From positions 87,577 to 151,576 of the forward strand of contig JBARMB010000050.1 in NCBI GenBank assembly GCA_049802235.1: a stretch of 64,000 nt of DNA, written 5' to 3'. Below the pieces are notes generated by a model. The model did not search any database and was not told where the DNA came from. It saw nothing but the letters and a program-made list of their open reading frames with translations. Positions within the stretch are counted from its first letter, which is position 1. Each line of letters begins with the position of its first letter. Below, piece after piece: positions 25,555-36,185 of this stretch. Origin of the DNA: Burkholderiales bacterium. Lineage in GTDB: Bacteria > Pseudomonadota > Gammaproteobacteria > Burkholderiales > SG8-39. The position numbers were made by a program, and so were the translations under genes.

Positions 25555-26559
25555 TCAATCGACATGAGCGCCGGCGGCGCGCACCACCGGCCCCCAGCGC
25601 TTGAGCTCTTCCGCCAGGTAGGCGGTGAATTCCTGCGGATCGAGATCGCCCGGCTCGATGCCTTCCGGGTGCAGCCGCTCGCGAACATCGGCAAGCTGCA
25701 GTATCCGCCGCACCTCGAGGTTCAGGCTGCGCACGATATCCTGCGGCATCCCCGGCGGGCCGGAAAGCGAAAACCAGATCGACGCGACGAGCTGCGGATA
25801 GCCGAGCTCCTTGAAGGTGGGCACGTCAGGGAAGTCGGGAACGCGGCTCTCCGAAGTGACCGCAAGCGCGCGCGCCCTGCCGGCGCGAATCTGGGCCGAC
25901 GCGGTTGAAACCGTGGTCGAGGTCACGAGCACGTGTCCGGCGATCAGGTCGGCGACGGCGAGACTCGCGCCCTTGTATGGCACGTGCTGCATGTCGATCC
26001 CGGTGAGCTGCTTGAGGTGCTCGGCGATCAGGTGGCCCTGGGTGCCGTTTCCGGGCGAGCCGTAGTTCAACTTGCCCGGATTGGCCCTGGCGTAGGCGAG
26101 GAATTCCTTGAAATCCCGGACCGGCAGGCCGGGATTGACCACCAGCACGCCGGGCGGGCCGCCGAACAAGGCAATATGGGTAAAGTCGCGCACCGGGTCG
26201 AACGGAAAGCTCTTCGACAGCGCCGGCGCAATGCAGTGCGAGGCAACGCCCGACACGAGCAGCGTGTAGCCGTCCGGCGCCGCCTTCGCCACTAGCTCGG
26301 AGCCGATCACGCCGCCCGCGCCGGGGCGGTTCTCGATGACGAAGTTCTGCTTGAAGCTCTCGGAGAGTTTCTGCGCCACCAGGCGGCCGAGCATGTCCGC
26401 GGTGCCCCCGGGAGCAAACGGCACCACGATGCGCACCGGTTTCGAGGGCCAGGCCTGCCCTGAGTCTGCCGAACGGGTCTGCGCGACGCTCTGCGCCGCG
26501 AACGCTGCGCAGGCCAGGGCAAAGGCGCAGAGCAGTGCACGATGTCGATTGGATTTCAT
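25555..26559 (-). CDS. Bug-family (TctC-like) substrate-binding protein
   Basis: A signal peptide is followed by VRIVVPFAPGGTADMLGR, the Bug hallmark. 334 aa. Confidence 0.85.
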   Translation of the reverse strand: MKSNRHRALLCAFALACAAFAAQSVAQTRSADSGQAWPSKPVRIVVPFAPGGTADMLGRLVAQKLSESFKQNFVIENRPGAGGVIGSELVAKAAPDGYTLLVSGVASHCIAPALSKSFPFDPVRDFTHIALFGGPPGVLVVNPGLPVRDFKEFLAYARANPGKLNYGSPGNGTQGHLIAEHLKQLTGIDMQHVPYKGASLAVADLIAGHVLVTSTTVSTASAQIRAGRARALAVTSESRVPDFPDVPTFKELGYPQLVASIWFSLSGPPGMPQDIVRSLNLEVRRILQLADVRERLHPEGIEPGDLDPQEFTAYLAEELKRWGPVVRAAGAHVD

Positions 26560-26761
26560 GTCAGTGTCCCTTGAAATTCATGCCAGCGCATTTTACCGGA
26601 TAGTTCATTGTTGCAGCCATGCCTGACCGCCGCCACGTCGAGTTACAATGGCGCTCAGGCGGGACGTCGAACGCCCACCCTGACCGCGCGCGACAAAGCG
26701 GGCGCACGCGCCGCTTATCGGGCGCCCCGGCATCGGCCGAAATTGGACTGAGGAAATCCAC

Positions 26762-27331
26762 ATGGAAATGACCGGTGAACAGATCATCCCCCTGCCGCAG
26801 ATGGAAGTCTGGCGCGGGCTCAACGACCCGGAAGTGCTCAAGGCCTGCATCGCCGGTTGCGAATCCATCGAGAGAATCTCCGACACCGAGTACCGCGTCG
26901 CCATGACCGCCGCAGTCGGGCCGGTGAAGGCCAGGTTCAACGGCAAACTGTTGCTCTCCGATCTCAATCCGCCCAATTCCTACGCGCTCTCGTTCGAAGG
27001 CTCCGGCGGCGCCGCCGGTTTCGGCAAAGGCAGCGCGCGGGTTTCGCTTGCGGCCGAAGGCGCGGGCACAAAACTCAGCTATACCGCGAAAGCCAACGTC
27101 GGCGGCAAGCTCGCCCAGGTGGGATCGCGGCTGGTCGACGGCGTCGCCAAGAAAATGGCCGACGATTTTTTCACCGCCTTCAATCGCAAACTCGCCGGCC
27201 CCGCTGCCACGGCGGCGGGCGGAGCCGCGCCTGCGCGCGCCGGGCTCCATCCGCTGTGGTGGGTGGCCGGCACGGTGCTCGCGATGCTGCTGATCCACTG
27301 GGCGCTCGGGCCGGCGAAGTACATCTCTTAG
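26762..27331 (+). CDS. CoxG-like SRPBCC-family protein with a C-terminal membrane anchor
   Basis: MEMTGEQIIPLPQMEVWRGLNDPEVLKACIAGCE...VGPVKARFNG...KLAQVGSRLVDGVAKKMADDFF is a CoxG pattern. There is a hydrophobic tail WWVAGTVLAMLLI. Confidence 0.75.
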   Translation: MEMTGEQIIPLPQMEVWRGLNDPEVLKACIAGCESIERISDTEYRVAMTAAVGPVKARFNGKLLLSDLNPPNSYALSFEGSGGAAGFGKGSARVSLAAEGAGTKLSYTAKANVGGKLAQVGSRLVDGVAKKMADDFFTAFNRKLAGPAATAAGGAAPARAGLHPLWWVAGTVLAMLLIHWALGPAKYIS

Positions 27332-27344
27332 TACATCTCCTAGC

Positions 27345-27445
27345 CCCGCCCCCATCCTGCCCTTTCCCCTGAAGGGGAAGGGACGGGTCGGAAGTTCCCT
27401 CCCCATCAAGGGGAGAATCGAAGTGGGGAGGGGATTCCGGTCCGC
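27345..27445. repeat. GC-rich imperfect hairpin repeats (REP-like), sharing the core GGAAGGGACGGG with 61293-61343
   Basis: CCCTTTCCCC-TGAA-GGGGAAGGG and CTCCCC-ATCAA-GGGGAG hairpins. The revcomp of CCCGTCCCTTCC at 61299-61310 equals GGAAGGGACGGG here. Confidence 0.5.
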
Positions 27446-27597
27446 TTCACCGCGAGAGCCGCCGCACACAAGTGTCCTCGAGCGCGCGATGCGCGGCCCC
27501 CGCGGGTAGTGCGGAATCATTTTCGGCCAAGCACGGTCCCGGGAATAAAAAAAAGCCCGGGGGGCACGCCGCCCCCCGGGCTTTCCAGGATTCCGGA

Positions 27598-29748
27598 TCA
27601 GGCCTTTCTCAACTGTTCCGTGTCGAACGGCAGCGAGCGCAGCCGCTTTCCGGTCGCAGCGAAAATTGCGTTGGCCACGGCCGGCGCCGCCGGCGGCAGG
27701 CCGGGTTCGCCGATACCGCCCGGCTTTTCGCTGCTCGCCACGATGTGCACCTCGACCTTGGGCACTTCGTTGATGCGCATCACGCGATAGTCGTGGAAGT
27801 TCGACTGCTCGACCTTGCCGTCCTTGAAGGTGATCTTGCCGTAAAAGGCCGCGGTCAGGCCGTAGACGATGGCGCTTTCGATCTGGCGCTTGATGATGTC
27901 GGGATTGACCGTCATGCCGCAGTCCACCGCGGCGACCACGCGATGCACTTTGGGCCGGCCGTCCCCGCCGATCGAGATCTCGGCGACCTCGGCAACATAG
28001 CTGCCGAACGATTGCCCGACCGCGATGCCGCGGTGCACGCCAGCCGGAAGCGGCTTGCCCCAGCCGGCCTTTTCCGCGGCAAGCTCGAGCGCGCCCTTGT
28101 AGCGCGGCTGTTTGCCGAGCAGGTTGCGGCGGAACTCGAACGGGTCCTGGCCGGCGGCCGCGGCCATTTCATCGACGAAGCTCTCGATGAAAAAAATATT
28201 CTGCGAATGACCGACCGATCGCCAGAACCAGACTTGCACACCCGGCTCCTGCCGCGCGTACTCGATGCGCAGATTGGGAAAGTCATAGGGGCAATCGCGG
28301 ATGCCTTCGACCGCGAATGCGTCCACGTTGTCGGGCGGGAGTTTCATGAAGCCCGAGGCCTCCATGATCGACGGCGAGGCGACGCGCGCGCTGAACGACA
28401 CCGCCTTGCCCGCGGCGTCGAGTCCGCCGGTGAAACGCGTGACCGAAGCCGGACGATAGAAGTAAGCCTTCATGTCGTCCTCGCGCGTGTAGACCAGCTT
28501 CACCGGCTTGCCCGAAATCTTGGACAGCAGCGTAGCGTCGATGGTGAAATCGGGTGCGAAGCGCCGGCCGAAGCCCCCGCCAAGGTACATGGTATTGATC
28601 TTGACATTGCCGGGCGCGACTCCGGCGACCTGGCCGAGGATGCCCTGGGCGGGTCCCTGCGATTGCGTCCCGGCCCAGATCTCGATTCCATCAGGCTTGA
28701 CCCAGGCCGTGCAGTTCATCGGCTCCATGCAGGCATGCGCGAGGTATGGCGCTTCATAAACGGCATCGAGCGTCTTCGCTGCAGTCGCAGCGCCCACGTC
28801 GCCCTCGTTGCGCCCGACCGCGCCGCCTTTCGCGGCAGCTTCGGCCAGCATTTTCGAGACCCCCGCGGAGGAAAGCGCTGCATTGGGGCCATCGTCCCAC
28901 ATGATTGCAAGCGCGTCCCGCCCCATCTTGGCGGGCCAGTAACCGGTGGCCAGCACCGCTACGCCACCCGGAATCTGGATCACCTGCCGGACTCCCGGGA
29001 TGGCCTTCGCCTTGCTGTCGTCGACCGATACCGCCTTGCCGCCCGGCACCGGCGAGCGCGCCATCACCGCGGTGAGCATTCCGGGCAGCCGCACATCCAT
29101 GCCGTACCTGGCGCTGCCGTTGACCTTGACCGGGGTGTCCAGGCGCTTGGCGCCCCTGCCGAGAATCCTGAATTCCTTCGGTTCCTTCAGCTTGACCTCC
29201 GTCGGCACCGGCCGCTTGCCGGCCGCGTCGGCCAGCCGGCCGTACGAAAGCTTCTTGCCGCTCTGGTGCACCACCATGCCTTTTTCGGTGCGACACTCGG
29301 ACGCATCGACCTTCCAGGTGTCGGCGGCGGCGGCGACCAGCATCGCGCGCGCGGCAGCACCGGCCTTGCGCATCGGCTCCCAGTGGCCGCGCACCGAGGT
29401 CGAGCCGCCGGTCGCCTGCATCCCGAACATGGGGTTGTTGAAAGCCTTGTCGACGGGCGCCTGCTCAACCCTGATTCTCGCCCAATCGGCGTCGAGTTCC
29501 TCGGCGATCAGCATGGGAATCGCCGTGTGCACGCCTTGGCCCATTTCCGACAGGCCGCAGATCACGGTGACCCGGTTGTCGGAGGTGATGCGGAGATAGG
29601 CGTTCGGCTTGAATTCCGTCGCGGCCTCGGCCAGGCGCGAGGCGCCGGGAAGGGTGAAGCCGATGATCAGCCCGCCTCCGGTGGTCAGCGCAACCGAAGC
29701 CGAAGTCTTGAGAAAGTCACGGCGCGATACTTTGAATACGCTGCTCAT
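27598..29748 (-). CDS. Molybdopterin-dependent oxidoreductase large subunit (xanthine dehydrogenase family, IorB/aldehyde-oxidase-like) with a Tat signal
   Basis: From ATG 29748: [21 protein letters not shown] is a twin-arginine motif. About 716 aa with a MoCo-binding-domain pattern. The upstream extension in the ORF track overlaps the small-subunit gene. Confidence 0.8.
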   Translation of the reverse strand: MSSVFKVSRRDFLKTSASVALTTGGGLIIGFTLPGASRLAEAATEFKPNAYLRITSDNRVTVICGLSEMGQGVHTAIPMLIAEELDADWARIRVEQAPVDKAFNNPMFGMQATGGSTSVRGHWEPMRKAGAAARAMLVAAAADTWKVDASECRTEKGMVVHQSGKKLSYGRLADAAGKRPVPTEVKLKEPKEFRILGRGAKRLDTPVKVNGSARYGMDVRLPGMLTAVMARSPVPGGKAVSVDDSKAKAIPGVRQVIQIPGGVAVLATGYWPAKMGRDALAIMWDDGPNAALSSAGVSKMLAEAAAKGGAVGRNEGDVGAATAAKTLDAVYEAPYLAHACMEPMNCTAWVKPDGIEIWAGTQSQGPAQGILGQVAGVAPGNVKINTMYLGGGFGRRFAPDFTIDATLLSKISGKPVKLVYTREDDMKAYFYRPASVTRFTGGLDAAGKAVSFSARVASPSIMEASGFMKLPPDNVDAFAVEGIRDCPYDFPNLRIEYARQEPGVQVWFWRSVGHSQNIFFIESFVDEMAAAAGQDPFEFRRNLLGKQPRYKGALELAAEKAGWGKPLPAGVHRGIAVGQSFGSYVAEVAEISIGGDGRPKVHRVVAAVDCGMTVNPDIIKRQIESAIVYGLTAAFYGKITFKDGKVEQSNFHDYRVMRINEVPKVEVHIVASSEKPGGIGEPGLPPAAPAVANAIFAATGKRLRSLPFDTEQLRKA

Positions 29749-29750
29749 GA

Positions 29751-30218
29751 TCAGGCCCCTTTCGTCATCGACTGCGCAGCATCCTTGATGGCGGCGCGGA
29801 TCTGATTGTAAGTGCCGCAACGGCAGACATTGCCGCTCATGGCGGCATCGATGTCGGCATCGCTTGGCTTCTTGTTTTTCGCCAGCAGACCGGTAGCGCT
29901 CATGATCTGGCCCGACTGGCAATAGCCGCACTGCGGGACGTCATGCGCGACCCAGGCCGCTTGCACCGCCCTGCCGACCGTGTTCGAACTCATCGCTTCG
30001 ATGGTCGTGATTTTCTTGCCCGCCACCGCCGAGATCGGCGTGACGCAGGAGCGCGTCGGATTGCCGTCGACATGCACCGTGCAGGCGCCGCATTGGGCTA
30101 TGCCGCAGCCGAACTTGGTGCCCGTAAGGCCGAGATGATCGCGCAGGGTCCACAACAGCGGCGTATCGGACGGCACCTCGACGGAAACCTTTTTGCCGTT
30201 GACGGTAAATGAAACCAT
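29751..30218 (-). CDS. (2Fe-2S)-binding small subunit of the molybdenum hydroxylase (IorA-like)
   Basis: From ATG 30218 (RBS AAGGAGG): MVSFTVNGK...[11 protein letters not shown]...CGYCQSG...CRCGTY are the two canonical 2Fe-2S Cys clusters. Confidence 0.85.
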   Translation of the reverse strand: MVSFTVNGKKVSVEVPSDTPLLWTLRDHLGLTGTKFGCGIAQCGACTVHVDGNPTRSCVTPISAVAGKKITTIEAMSSNTVGRAVQAAWVAHDVPQCGYCQSGQIMSATGLLAKNKKPSDADIDAAMSGNVCRCGTYNQIRAAIKDAAQSMTKGA

Positions 30219-30566
30219 CGGGAAATCCTCCTTTGGAAAAATGGGGTCGTTTTTTTTATTGGACGGCGGAATCTTATTCCGGCGGCCTGCGAAAGTCCAC
30301 TGCGGCGGATTGCATCCAGGGACACCTGTTTCAACCCGGGCCGATGGCCCGCTGTCAGACTCCCGCAAGCCATCCACGCGAACAATCCAAAGGCAAGCGG
30401 AGCCGCCCCATGCGCCTTTGCCAAACCCGCACCGATAAGGGAGAATGCCCGGCCGGGCGAAACTTGCTTGCGGACCTGCGTCGACGCCCCGTTCGCAAAC
30501 CCCGAATAAAGAGCGTCGGCGCAATCGGAGTTCCGTCTGTCTGTCGGACAAGGGGGTAAGACCGAA

Positions 30567-31142
30567 GTGAAACTGCTGCTCTCCATTTCGCGCTTCATCG
30601 ACGCCCTTAACGAGCGCGTCGGCCGCGCCGTCTACTGGCTGGTTCTGGCCGCCGTGCTGGTGAGCTCGGCCAACGCCACCGTCCGCTACCTCTTCAGCGT
30701 AAGCTCGAACGCCTGGCTCGAGCTGCAGTGGTACCTGTTCTCCGCCGTGTTCCTGCTATGCGCGGGCTACACGCTGCTGCACAACGAACACATCCGCATC
30801 GACGTGATCTCCTCGCGTCTGTCGCGTCGCGTCCAGGTGTGGATCGATATCTTCGGAATTCTCGTTTTCCTCCTTCCCATGACGCTGATCATCATGCGCC
30901 TGTCCTGGCCGATCTTCCTGAACGCCTGGGATACGGGCGAAGGGTCGGTCAACGCCGGCGGGCTGATCCGCTGGCCGGCCCGGCTGATGGTGCCGGCCGG
31001 GTTCTTTCTGCTGTCTCTGCAGGGTATCTCGGAGCTGATCAAGCGCGTCGCCTTCCTCATGCGCCTCATTCCGGACCCGGCCGAGAAGCACGTCGATCCC
31101 GCGCTGGAGCAGGTCATGGTCGAGGAAGGAAAGACGAAATGA
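30567..31142 (+). CDS. TRAP transporter small permease (DctQ family)
   Basis: GTG start; 191 aa with four TM segments. Its stop overlaps the dctM-like ATG (ATGA at 31139-31142). Confidence 0.75.
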   Translation: MKLLLSISRFIDALNERVGRAVYWLVLAAVLVSSANATVRYLFSVSSNAWLELQWYLFSAVFLLCAGYTLLHNEHIRIDVISSRLSRRVQVWIDIFGILVFLLPMTLIIMRLSWPIFLNAWDTGEGSVNAGGLIRWPARLMVPAGFFLLSLQGISELIKRVAFLMRLIPDPAEKHVDPALEQVMVEEGKTK

Positions 31143-32869
31143 CCGCCTTCCTCATCGCCTACATGGCGCCGCTGATGTTCGCGGCGCTGGTGGTTCTGCT
31201 GCTGATCGGCTTCCCGGTGACGTTCTCGCTGGCCGCCAACGGCCTGCTGTTCGGCTGGATCGGCATCGAGCTCGGGCTGCTGCATCCCAGCCTCATGCAA
31301 GCGCTGCCCGAGCGCATCTTCGGCATCATGTCGAACGACACCCTGCTCGCGATCCCGTTCTTCACCTTCATGGGCCTGATCCTGGAGCGCAGCGGCATGG
31401 CCGAGGACCTGCTCGAGACCATCGGCCAGTTGTTCGGCCCGGTGCGCGGAGGGCTCGCCTATGCGGTGATCTTCGTCGGCGCGCTGCTCGCCGCAACCAC
31501 CGGCGTGGTCGCCGCTTCGGTGATCTCGATGGGCCTGATCTCGCTGCCGATCATGCTGCGCCACGGCTACGACCGACGCTTCGCGAGCGGCGTCATCGCG
31601 GCCTCGGGGACGCTCGCCCAGATCATTCCGCCGTCGCTCGTTCTCATCGTGCTCGCCGACCAGCTCGGACGCTCGGTCGGCGACATGTACGCGGGGGCGA
31701 TCATCCCCGGTCTTATGCTGACCGGCCTGTACGTGCTGTATGCGCTGGGTACGACCCTGATCTTTCCCAAGCTCGCGCCGGCGCTGCCGCCCGAGGCGCG
31801 CACGCTGCGCCAGCCCGACGGCAGCAGCGGCATCCTGTCGCTCGCAGTGCTGGTTATCGTCTCTGTTGCGATCGCAGCCGCCATTGGAAAATACTATTAC
31901 AAGCCCGAAGCTCCCGAAGACGAGCGCCTGGTCGTGTCGGCGATCATCGGCGTCGGCACGGCATTCGGCGCCGCGGTGCTCAATCGCCTGTTCAAGTCCG
32001 GGTTGCTCTCCCGCATGGCGGAGCGCGTGACCTTCGTGCTGATCCCACCGCTCGCCCTGATCTTTCTCGTTCTCGGCACCATATTCATCGGCGTCGCGAC
32101 CCCAACCGAAGGCGGGGCGATGGGTGCCACCGGCGCGCTGGCCCTTGCGCTGATAAACCGTCGGCTGTCCTTCACGCTGCTCAAGCAGGCCCTGAATTCG
32201 ACGGCGAAGCTCTCCTCCTTCGTCATTTTCATCCTGATCGGCTCGACGGTCTTCAGCCTGGTATTCCGCGGCGTGAACGGTGACCTGTGGGTCGAGCACC
32301 TGCTCACCAGCCTGCCCGGCGGAACGCTCGGGTTCCTGATCGTGGTCAACCTGCTCACGTTCTTCCTCGCCTTCTTCCTCGACTTCTTCGAGCTGGCGTT
32401 CATCATCGTGCCGCTGCTTGCGCCGGTGGCGGACAAGCTCGGCATCGACCTGATCTGGTTCGGCGTGCTCCTCGGCGTGAACATGCAGACCTCGTTCATG
32501 CATCCGCCTTTCGGCTTTGCCCTCTTCTACCTGCGCAGCGTGGCACCGGCGAAGGAGTTCATCGACAAGATCACGGGCAAGCTGACTGCTCCGGTCACCA
32601 CCGGGCAGATCTACTGGGGGGCGGTGCCGTTCGTGGTCATCCAGGTGATCATGGTCGCCATCCTGATCTTCGCGCCGACGCTCGTCACCGGGAGCCTGCA
32701 CGAGAAGAAGCTCGATGTGAACAAGCTGAAGATCGAGGTCGAGACGCCTTCCTACGAAACGGAGGAGATCGACCAGAGCCTGAACATCGGCGGCGAATCC
32801 GGTCCCACCGGGAAGGAATCTGGCGCAACCGGCAAGAAGCCGGAGCAGAACTCCGGGCCGGGCAAGTAA
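31139..32869 (+). CDS. TRAP transporter large permease (DctM family), long form with a hydrophilic C-terminal tail
   Basis: [27 protein letters not shown]...; polytopic, 576 aa. The frame is shared with the longer track ORF 30728-32869, but the start is set at the coupled ATG. Confidence 0.8.
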   Translation: MTAFLIAYMAPLMFAALVVLLLIGFPVTFSLAANGLLFGWIGIELGLLHPSLMQALPERIFGIMSNDTLLAIPFFTFMGLILERSGMAEDLLETIGQLFGPVRGGLAYAVIFVGALLAATTGVVAASVISMGLISLPIMLRHGYDRRFASGVIAASGTLAQIIPPSLVLIVLADQLGRSVGDMYAGAIIPGLMLTGLYVLYALGTTLIFPKLAPALPPEARTLRQPDGSSGILSLAVLVIVSVAIAAAIGKYYYKPEAPEDERLVVSAIIGVGTAFGAAVLNRLFKSGLLSRMAERVTFVLIPPLALIFLVLGTIFIGVATPTEGGAMGATGALALALINRRLSFTLLKQALNSTAKLSSFVIFILIGSTVFSLVFRGVNGDLWVEHLLTSLPGGTLGFLIVVNLLTFFLAFFLDFFELAFIIVPLLAPVADKLGIDLIWFGVLLGVNMQTSFMHPPFGFALFYLRSVAPAKEFIDKITGKLTAPVTTGQIYWGAVPFVVIQVIMVAILIFAPTLVTGSLHEKKLDVNKLKIEVETPSYETEEIDQSLNIGGESGPTGKESGATGKKPEQNSGPGK

Positions 32870-32887
32870 CTTCGCTTTTAGTCCCCG

Positions 32888-32924
32888 AAAAAACAAACCC
32901 CGCCGAAGCGGGGTTTGTTTTTTA
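32888..32924. terminator. Bidirectional intrinsic terminator
   Basis: AAAAAAC-AAACCCCGC-CGAA-GCGGGGTTT-GTTTTTT: a 9-bp GC-rich stem flanked by A- and T-tracts. It lies between convergent dctM-like and dctP-like genes. Confidence 0.85.
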
Positions 32925-32938
32925 CCTGCGCGGCTCGC

Positions 32939-34045
32939 TCAAAGTCCCCACTTGGTGTGGAACCGGAAGTTGTCGTCCGTGTTCTCGTCCACCCGGAACC
33001 AGGAAATCGAGTCGGCACGGAACTTCTTCCATTCGGGGTAGATCCTCGCCCAGTGCTTGCTCTTGCCCTTCAGCTCCTCGTAGAACTCGAACGCCGCCTT
33101 GGCGGCCGCGTTCATCACCGACGCGGGGAAGGCCTCCACTTTCGTGCCCGTGGCGATGAGCCGCTTGAGCGCGGGCACGTTCACGACGTCGTATTTGGCC
33201 GGCATCCAAGCGTTCGCCTCGCCGCAGGCCGCCTCGAGCGCCGCCTGATAGGGCTTGGGCAGCTCGTTCCACTTCTTCTCGTTCACCAGCGTCACGAGCG
33301 CGGGACCCGGCTCCCAGAAGCCCGGGTAGTAATAGAACTTCGCCACCTTGTTGAAGCCGAGCCTCTCGTCGTCGTAGGGGCCGACCCATTCGGCGGCGTC
33401 GATCGCGCCCTTCTCCAGCGCCGGGTAGATGTCCGGCCCGCCGAGCGACTGCGGCACCGCGCCGAGCCTCTTCATCACTTCGCCCGCGATCAGGCCGCCG
33501 ATGCGGAACTTGACGCCCTTGATGTCGGCGACGCTCTTGATCTCCTTGCGCCACCAGCCACCCATCTGTCCGCCCGTATTGCCGGCAAGGAACGCAACGC
33601 AGCCGTAGTCCTTGAAGAGCGGCGCCATCACTTCCTTGCCGCCGCCTTCCAGCCACCAGGCGTTCTGCTGGCGGGAATTGAGTCCGAACGGGATCGCGGT
33701 GGCAATCGCGAAAGACGGGTCCTTGCCGGCGTAGTAGTACGTGGCAGTGTGGCCCAGCTCGACAGTACCCGCCTGCACCGCATCGAGCACCTGCAGCGCG
33801 GGAACGATTTCGCCGGCCGCGAAGGCGCGGATCTGGAATTTGCCGTCGGTGATCTCTCCAACGCGCCTAGCGACAAGGTCGGCGCCGCCGTAAAGCGTTT
33901 CCAGGCTCTTGGGCCAGCTCGCCGCGAGGCGCCACTGGATCGAGGGCAGGCCGGATGTTTGCTGCGCCTTCGCCTGCGAGACGAGCATCGCCGCGCCCGC
34001 CGCCGTGCCCAGCCCGGCGTTTTTCAGGAACTCACGTCTTTTCAT
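32939..34045 (-). CDS. TRAP transporter substrate-binding protein (DctP family) with a Tat-like signal
   Basis: MKRREFLKNAGLGTAAGAAMLV signal peptide. 368 aa with a DctP-type pattern. Confidence 0.8.
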   Translation of the reverse strand: MKRREFLKNAGLGTAAGAAMLVSQAKAQQTSGLPSIQWRLAASWPKSLETLYGGADLVARRVGEITDGKFQIRAFAAGEIVPALQVLDAVQAGTVELGHTATYYYAGKDPSFAIATAIPFGLNSRQQNAWWLEGGGKEVMAPLFKDYGCVAFLAGNTGGQMGGWWRKEIKSVADIKGVKFRIGGLIAGEVMKRLGAVPQSLGGPDIYPALEKGAIDAAEWVGPYDDERLGFNKVAKFYYYPGFWEPGPALVTLVNEKKWNELPKPYQAALEAACGEANAWMPAKYDVVNVPALKRLIATGTKVEAFPASVMNAAAKAAFEFYEELKGKSKHWARIYPEWKKFRADSISWFRVDENTDDNFRFHTKWGL

Positions 34046-34217
34046 TGATCGTCTCCTCTAGTCTAGGGGTGGATAAGCCGGGCCGATTATAACTCCGGTG
34101 CGGTCCCGGCGTGGCCGCCTCCGGCGGCACGAGCCGCCCTCCGGCGCGGAGGACCAATCCCGGTTCGGAAGCCGTTCCCGGATGCGAACGCCCGGAACTA
34201 CATGAAGGCGGGCGATG

Positions 34218-35558
34218 TCAGTTGCCCGCGATCGTCATTCCCGCGATCAGGATCGAGCCGCAGGTGCGCGAGCCGCGCGTGAGCGCGTCGCTGCCGATGG
34301 CCGCGATCGAGCGGAACATGTCGCGCAGGTTGCCCGCGATGGTGATCTCCTCGACCGGATGGCGGATCTCGCCGCCTTCGACCCAGTAGCCCGCAGCGCC
34401 GCGAGAATAATCGCCGGTGACGACATTGATGCCCTGCCCCATGAGATCGGTGACGAGCAGGCCACGCCCCATTTTACCGATCAATCCGGAAAGGTCGAGC
34501 TCGCCGCCTTTCAGGATCAGGTTGTGGTTGCCGCCGGCGTTGCCGGTGGTTTTCATTCCGAGCTTCCTCGCCGAGTAGCTGCCGAGAAAATAGCCGCGCA
34601 GGACTCCGTCTCTGACTACATCGCGGTCGCGCGTGGCGACGCCGTCGTCATCGAACCACGAGCTCGCCTGGCCGCGCGCAAGGTGCGGGCGTTCGATGAT
34701 GTGAACGATGGGCGAAAAAATTTCCTTTCCGAGGCTGTCGAGCAGAAACGAGGCCTTGCGGTACAGGCTGCCGCCGCTCGCCGCCGAAACGAAGTGCGAG
34801 AGCAGACCATTCGCCACCGGCGCCTCGAACAGCACCGGCGCCTGCGTGGTCCCGATCTTGCGGCTGCGCAGCCGCGCCAGCGCCCGCCTGCCGGCGTAAT
34901 CGCCGACCGCCTCCGGTGTGGCCAGATCCTGCGGCGAGCGCTGCGACACGTACCAGTCGTCGCGCTGCATCTGCCCGTCTTCGGCGGCGATCACCGCGCA
35001 TGAGAGGTAATGGCGCGAACCGGGATAACCGCCCATGAACCCGAGGCTGTTGGCCAGCACGAATTGCGACTGCTGGCAGGAGACGCTCGCGCCCTCGGAA
35101 TTGACGATGCGCTTGTCGAGGCGGAACGCGCTCGCCTCGCAGGCCTTCGCGATTTCGATGGCGCGCTCGACTGGCAGGTCCCAGGGATGGAACAGGTCGA
35201 GGTCGCGCGGCTCGAGCGCGAAGTCCTCCGGGTCGGCAAGCCCGGCACAATCGTCGCTCGCGGTGAAGCGGGCGATCGAAAGTGCCGCATCGACCGTGTC
35301 CCGGATCGCGCGCGGCGCAAAATCGGCGGTGCTGGCGTAGCCCTTCCGCCTGCCGAGGTAAACGGTGACGGAAAGACCCTTGTCGCGGTTGTACTCGATG
35401 GTCTCGACCTCGCCCATGCGCACCGTGACCGTCTGGCCGTAGCCTTCCGAGACCTCGGCTTCGCAGGCGCTCGCGCCTTTTTCTCTTGCGCGCGCGAGCG
35501 CGTCCGACGCGATGGACTGCAGAATATCGAAACGATGGGAAAAACGGGCCTGCGCCAT
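34218..35558 (-). CDS. pmbA: Metalloprotease PmbA (TldD/PmbA family)
   Basis: 446 aa. ...SEGYGQTVTVRMGEVETIEYNRDKGLSVTVY... and the C-terminal GDYSRGAAGYWVEGGEI...AGN fit the family. It is divergent from yjgA, as in E. coli. Confidence 0.85.
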   Translation of the reverse strand: MAQARFSHRFDILQSIASDALARAREKGASACEAEVSEGYGQTVTVRMGEVETIEYNRDKGLSVTVYLGRRKGYASTADFAPRAIRDTVDAALSIARFTASDDCAGLADPEDFALEPRDLDLFHPWDLPVERAIEIAKACEASAFRLDKRIVNSEGASVSCQQSQFVLANSLGFMGGYPGSRHYLSCAVIAAEDGQMQRDDWYVSQRSPQDLATPEAVGDYAGRRALARLRSRKIGTTQAPVLFEAPVANGLLSHFVSAASGGSLYRKASFLLDSLGKEIFSPIVHIIERPHLARGQASSWFDDDGVATRDRDVVRDGVLRGYFLGSYSARKLGMKTTGNAGGNHNLILKGGELDLSGLIGKMGRGLLVTDLMGQGINVVTGDYSRGAAGYWVEGGEIRHPVEEITIAGNLRDMFRSIAAIGSDALTRGSRTCGSILIAGMTIAGN

Positions 35559-35582
35559 GCGGAGAGTCGCGGAAAAGGCGCT

Positions 35583-36134
35583 ATGATATCAGTTCACCAT
35601 CGTCATCCCCTCCCGGAACGAAACGTGCAGGATCAGGAACGCCCGAGCAAGACCCAGCGCAAGCGCGAGATGCACGAGCTGCAGGCGCTCGGCGAGCGGC
35701 TGGTCGAGCTCAATGGCGAGCAGCTCGATGCGGTCGCGCTGCCCGAAAATCTGCGTCAGGCGGTGCGGGAAGCCGGGCGCATCACCCGGCACGAGGCGCG
35801 CCGCCGCCAGCTTCAGTACATCGGCCGGCTCATGCGCGAAGTGGACGCGGCGCCGATCCGCGAGAAGCTCAAGGTGTGGGACGGGCTCTCCGCCGAGCAC
35901 ACCGCGCACGTGCGCCTGATCGAGCGCTGGCGCGAGCGGCTGATCGCGGAGGAAGACGCGCTCGGCGATCTTGCCAAATGCCATGCAGGCATCGACACCC
36001 AGCACCTGCGCTCGCTCATCCGCAACGCCCGCGAGGAACGCGACGCGGGACGGCCGCCGCGCAGCTACCGCGAGTTGTTCCGCGTACTGCGGGAAATTTT
36101 CGGCGATGACCGGCGGGAGGACGAAACGGGCTAG
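35583..36134 (+). CDS. yjgA: Ribosome-associated protein YjgA (DUF615/DarP)
   Basis: ...SKTQRKREMHELQALGERLVEL...LPENLRQAVREA..RITRHEARRRQLQYIGRLMR is the YjgA pattern. The start is uncertain (ATG 35583 or GTG near 35625). Confidence 0.7.
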   Translation: MISVHHRHPLPERNVQDQERPSKTQRKREMHELQALGERLVELNGEQLDAVALPENLRQAVREAGRITRHEARRRQLQYIGRLMREVDAAPIREKLKVWDGLSAEHTAHVRLIERWRERLIAEEDALGDLAKCHAGIDTQHLRSLIRNAREERDAGRPPRSYRELFRVLREIFGDDRREDETG

Positions 36135-36185
36135 CGTCCGCCGTTTGCGGCTCCTGCGGCGGCGGCGCCGGTTATACTTGCCTCC

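Noticed and set aside
27472-29805. 777-aa plus-strand ORF mirroring the molybdopterin oxidoreductase gene
   Set aside because: It has the same length as, and is antisense to, the IorB-like gene, which carries a Tat signal and family motifs. The shadow-frame composition is R/A/G/D/H-rich. It is not coding.
30767-32896. 709-aa minus-strand ORF opposite the TRAP dctQ/dctM genes
   Set aside because: It is antisense to polytopic permease genes. The translation is dominated by R, D, E, H, Q and G runs, with no motifs.
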